A stretch of 63,759 nt of DNA, the filler included, from Chlamydiia bacterium (GTDB taxonomy: Bacteria; Chlamydiota; Chlamydiia; Chlamydiales; FEN-1388): assembly GCA_903848235.1 (NCBI GenBank). It is 6 parts of 6 records of this genome, joined end to end, with 100 filler letters (N's around TTAATTAATTAA, not from the genome) between each part and the next. Parts side by side here need not be neighbours in the genome. Positions count along the whole stretch, not along the records: positions 50,616 to 63,759 come from CAINFV010000093.1; 5 more parts are not named here. One strand, 5' to 3'. A model generated the notes under the pieces. The model had not been told where the DNA came from and did no database searches. It saw only the letters and a list, made by a program, of their open reading frames with translations. Every line of letters starts with the position of its first letter. The first letter of the stretch is position 1. A program made the position numbers and the translations under genes. Of the stretch, positions 61,501-63,759 are shown piece by piece.

Positions 61501-62092
61501 AAAGGGGAGGGAGTCCCCCAGACACTGATTTTGAAATGGTTTCAAACCAAGCAAAAAAGGCCGCATTGACACTTGTGTCATTGGTGTCTACCGTTCCCTG
61601 TTCAACGCCTTCGCTTTCTCCAACTGTTGTAGAGCCTACAACAGATGTCTCAGCAGGTGTCTCCGGAGAGACGAGGCCTGCTTCTACAAGCGCTTGGTGC
61701 AATGCCTCTTCTCTATAGGCGAGCGTACTTGCTAGCGATTCTCCACCGCCGGCTTCTATGTCAGCACTCTTTGCCTCTTTTATGCTGCCGATCAGAATGG
61801 ACATGACGGTAGAGGCAAACTGCATAGACCAGAGGCCAAGCCCTGCAAACATTGGCTCATCGAGTTTTGGGTCGCTTGTTTTGACACTGAGCTTTTGTTT
61901 GGCTCCCCCTACGCCTTCTTGTGATGGCGGAGGAGCAAACAGAGTGTCTTTTGGTAAAACGACAGTAGCCCCCCCAGGACCTTGGCTGACTTGTTTTTGA
62001 TCAGCTGTTTTCTGAAGAAAGGTTGAAAAGTCCCACGGAGCATTTGCATGTGCCCCAGGCTCTTCTTTTGGAGGGACCGGAAACCCACTCAT
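58589..62092 (-). CDS. Major translocator CopB/SctE-like, unusually long
   Basis: Downstream of the SycD/LcrH chaperone; coiled coil then WKWLGPLISVLVCVIMTIVMVVIAVATVLSGGAAAP hydrophobic hairpin and further TM segments. Confidence 0.75.
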   Translation of the reverse strand: MSGFPVPPKEEPGAHANAPWDFSTFLQKTADQKQVSQGPGGATVVLPKDTLFAPPPSQEGVGGAKQKLSVKTSDPKLDEPMFAGLGLWSMQFASTVMSILIGSIKEAKSADIEAGGGESLASTLAYREEALHQALVEAGLVSPETPAETSVVGSTTVGESEGVEQGTVDTNDTSVNAAFFAWFETISKSVSGGLPPLSPQTQALLTSIHSTDVETVKTLLLGMADLSSLTLTPAQLTLINSKLEVIATAIAGVNTQGGAMVLNMTVPGLMIPVFMETVDMSTDTTMSAAEKEKLSLALLNVCNKLATANFQKATSTKTPAPEFTTLISGDSQQLGTLLFTIASTMTLPSGVANTDLIAALGSITTSLCSLNPEDQELLQSVDIRELSALCSKGLDEAQASGAITSDVKAKLLTSLIPLLATQISEINRAKLTGDLSSKDPAAIEKSLTFLTGVASDKTMTGVTRRIVMNYIQALISAMVYMSNIRCLMLQMETEFTQTLADAKIQGIANEVKIANLTYTAELRKIFTSYEANIASIDKAILWKWLGPLISVLVCVIMTIVMVVIAVATVLSGGAAAPVLAGAVALTAGAVTAITGAVTSCICTVIVIIDSACQWATGKGMWKLVCESLGTTVSEAGLDGISAAFDITIQIIGIICTMGAMLVYSAVKATIKVTVDLVMAIISKMLEKGLARALVEVTTQVILTSILSSGLITVAMKEIGKAMMKNDDKKAGIFAMIMTIIIMITIIICMCLMGKPAQAAKVVSKAGAWVKAAPSAAILAKAAAVNKSGQALLGAARFAGLSQTSLIAINAARAASLRNLLGAARAAEAIAPAGGGVGGVGGAAGVAGGGVAGAVTAAAGTAAKEISKAAKLLKWITDFLKDVKEFFFSLGKNFLNSLKNSPAAGKKYLKELWQGIKNQFTYGPEGKAALGDDLDVAAVAKTDGLATEVEGAAKTAQKEAVEVIEGTLAKAGEVEEQFTAAAKEGVEVMEGFAESGLIQKAGATATHSLRFAIRDTLKGCLKAIGNGALNLLKNIRDHYKELLLGANVKEAEELADKITRRLLLLTELLKITVVGLQVTSAVMQYKAAETEEYFHKMLSVLAEETATLQATSQYFSLLGGIDQTETIQKITESSQEAMENWTKLLKMVSDFITDAGMRISEMTSKAAM

Positions 62093-62259
62093 TGTTGTCC
62101 TCCTTGTGTCTTCTACAAGGGAAAGATAGATACGTTTTGCTCCAGTTTTCCGGAGCTTAGAAAGGGCTCATTGTGGCGAAATTATTGCGGCCGTACATGT
62201 TGCCTCATGAGATTCTAGAGCTGACGTAAAAGGCAGTACCGGATCGCAAGAGCACCCTC

Positions 62260-62910
62260 TTATTTTTTCTCCTGACTTGCGCCAGGCTGTTCTTTTCCCT
62301 TCCCTTCCTCCTTGAGCTGTTTATCAAGGGTATCTCGCATCAGTGTCGCTCGTTCTTTGATGATTGCATACTGCGGCTGTGTCCCAGCAGCGGCGATCGC
62401 GAGATTTAAGGTAAATACCGCCATAACGGGAAGGTTTAATTGCATATAGCAGTCAGCGGCATGATAGTGTGGAAGCGGGTTCCCGCTGTCGAGTGTTCCG
62501 CATAGGAGGTACACATTCGCTGCTGTGGTGTACTCCTTCATTCTGTGTAAGCTTGCCGCAAGGCCTAAAATATATTTCGGAGTCATGTAGTCTAATAGCA
62601 TCAGCAGTCGGAAGATGTACGACGCCTCTTTATATCTCCCCTGATTATAGAGGTTGTACGCCTGCCCATAAATGGCTTCCATGGTCTCATCGCCTAGATG
62701 TAGAGCATGCTTTGGCATGATCCCTTTATTCATGGCTTCTGTGAGAAGAGCGGTAATCGTTTCCTTAGCTGGTACGGCCGCAAGGCCCGTTGCTTGAGAC
62801 ACCTTCTCTGAAATCTTCCCTGCATCAGCGTCTTCTAGTTCTTTTTCGAACTGCTTCAGCAATTCATCGGAAATCTCTTGCGGCTGTGACTGTTCTTGCT
62901 CTGGTTCCAT
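62260..62910 (-). CDS. Class II T3SS chaperone SycD/LcrH (Scc2-like)
   Basis: MEAIYGQAYNLYNQGRYKEA..FRLL.LLD...KY.LGLAA, P.PHYHAADC. Confidence 0.93.
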   Translation of the reverse strand: MEPEQEQSQPQEISDELLKQFEKELEDADAGKISEKVSQATGLAAVPAKETITALLTEAMNKGIMPKHALHLGDETMEAIYGQAYNLYNQGRYKEASYIFRLLMLLDYMTPKYILGLAASLHRMKEYTTAANVYLLCGTLDSGNPLPHYHAADCYMQLNLPVMAVFTLNLAIAAAGTQPQYAIIKERATLMRDTLDKQLKEEGKGKEQPGASQEKK

Positions 62911-63020
62911 AGTGTTCCTCCTCGGTGCCTCTTTCTCTTACCTATAAGGAGTTTGCTATTTACTGTGGAAGATTTTTTTTACCACTCGAGTCATTTTCTT
63001 GACTTCAGGGCTACTTGCTT

Positions 63021-63759
63021 TTATTTAAACATTGCCGATAGTATTTGCGATAATTGCTGGATAATACCTTTTATTAAGTTATTAGTTGTTTTAATGCCTG
63101 ATATAGAAGCGTCTACCACTTGTTGTTGTTGGTCGGTCAGGTTTCCGATAACATCGGCACGTGCGCTGATGGAAGACAGGTAGGATTGGAGGCGTTGGTT
63201 TATTTTCGCCCGTGTTGCGGCGTTGAGGCTGTAGAGCGTGTTCGATTCGTATTGATTAAGATTCTGTCCTTCCTGAGGAGCGCTTCCAAGGATGCCTGGC
63301 TTCCAGGCAATTTTGGGGTCCCGGGCTTGTATACAGTAGGTCTGGAAGTCTGAGTTTAGATGTTGTTCGTAGCTGGTTAACTGGGAGGGATCTGTCAGCC
63401 CGATTTGATGGGCATCGGTGGCATCCTGCCACAGGGTTTCGAAGCTGGAGTTAATAGCATCTGTTATGGTGCTCTGTTCGGAGTCCGCGGCTGTTATCGT
63501 TTGTGTTTGGAGCGTAGTGGTGGTGAGGCGTGTGCTATTATCCCAATCCAGTGTTCCATCTCCCTGGAATTTCCGATTATCGACGATAGTCGTTCCTCCA
63601 AGGCCGTTTGGCACTTCGGTGGTGAATGGGAGACTGTCCCGAACTAGCTGGACAGTGATGACGGGTTTACCATCTGATGATGTCGAGACACTCGTCGTAA
63701 GGCGATTTCTATACCAACTCCCATCGAGCATCTCAGGCATATAGGGGTCTACTTTGTGC
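63021..63759 (-). CDS. 3' part of a secreted protein, candidate needle tip (runs off the window)
   Basis: Frame open to the window edge; C-terminal amphipathic helix TTNNLIKGIIQQLSQILSAMFK; directly upstream of the chaperone-translocator genes. Confidence 0.6.
   Translation of the reverse strand, partial: HKVDPYMPEMLDGSWYRNRLTTSVSTSSDGKPVITVQLVRDSLPFTTEVPNGLGGTTIVDNRKFQGDGTLDWDNSTRLTTTTLQTQTITAADSEQSTITDAINSSFETLWQDATDAHQIGLTDPSQLTSYEQHLNSDFQTYCIQARDPKIAWKPGILGSAPQEGQNLNQYESNTLYSLNAATRAKINQRLQSYLSSISARADVIGNLTDQQQQVVDASISGIKTTNNLIKGIIQQLSQILSAMFK

Overview
The window is an artificial concatenation of six contigs joined by N-TTAATTAATTAA-N linkers (1-4031, 4132-28335, 28436-35537, 35638-45647, 45748-50515, 50616-63759). 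Contig 1 is a degenerate eukaryotic Ty1/copia LTR retrotransposon, probably host or contaminant DNA. The other five contigs look like a divergent member of the phylum Chlamydiae. They carry sufBCDS, a Bat/VWA operon, topA, hemW, lpdA-lipA, glgC, hemA and pseB. They also carry two chlamydial-type T3SS clusters (sctJKLRS; sctN-cdsG/F/E/D-scc4 plus a translocon and chaperone), eukaryotic-domain effector candidates (F-box/LRR, OTU deubiquitinase, CheD/CNF1-like deamidase), an IS1202/ISNCY-type IS and several ~160-bp palindromic MITE-like repeats. The most striking unexplained feature is a ~660-nt stretch upstream of topA (about 21200-21865) with no credible gene. It is tiled almost end to end with nested stems whose G-U wobbles all favour the + strand, and it ends in an intrinsic terminator, making it a candidate large structured ncRNA. 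Other notable items are two deoxynucleoside-kinase-like genes followed by a thymidine-phosphorylase homologue with a remodelled phosphate site, a giant 1167-aa CopB-like translocator with a candidate needle-tip gene, and a MITE nested in a GxxExxY-nuclease remnant. All calls come from reading the sequence; no searches were run.
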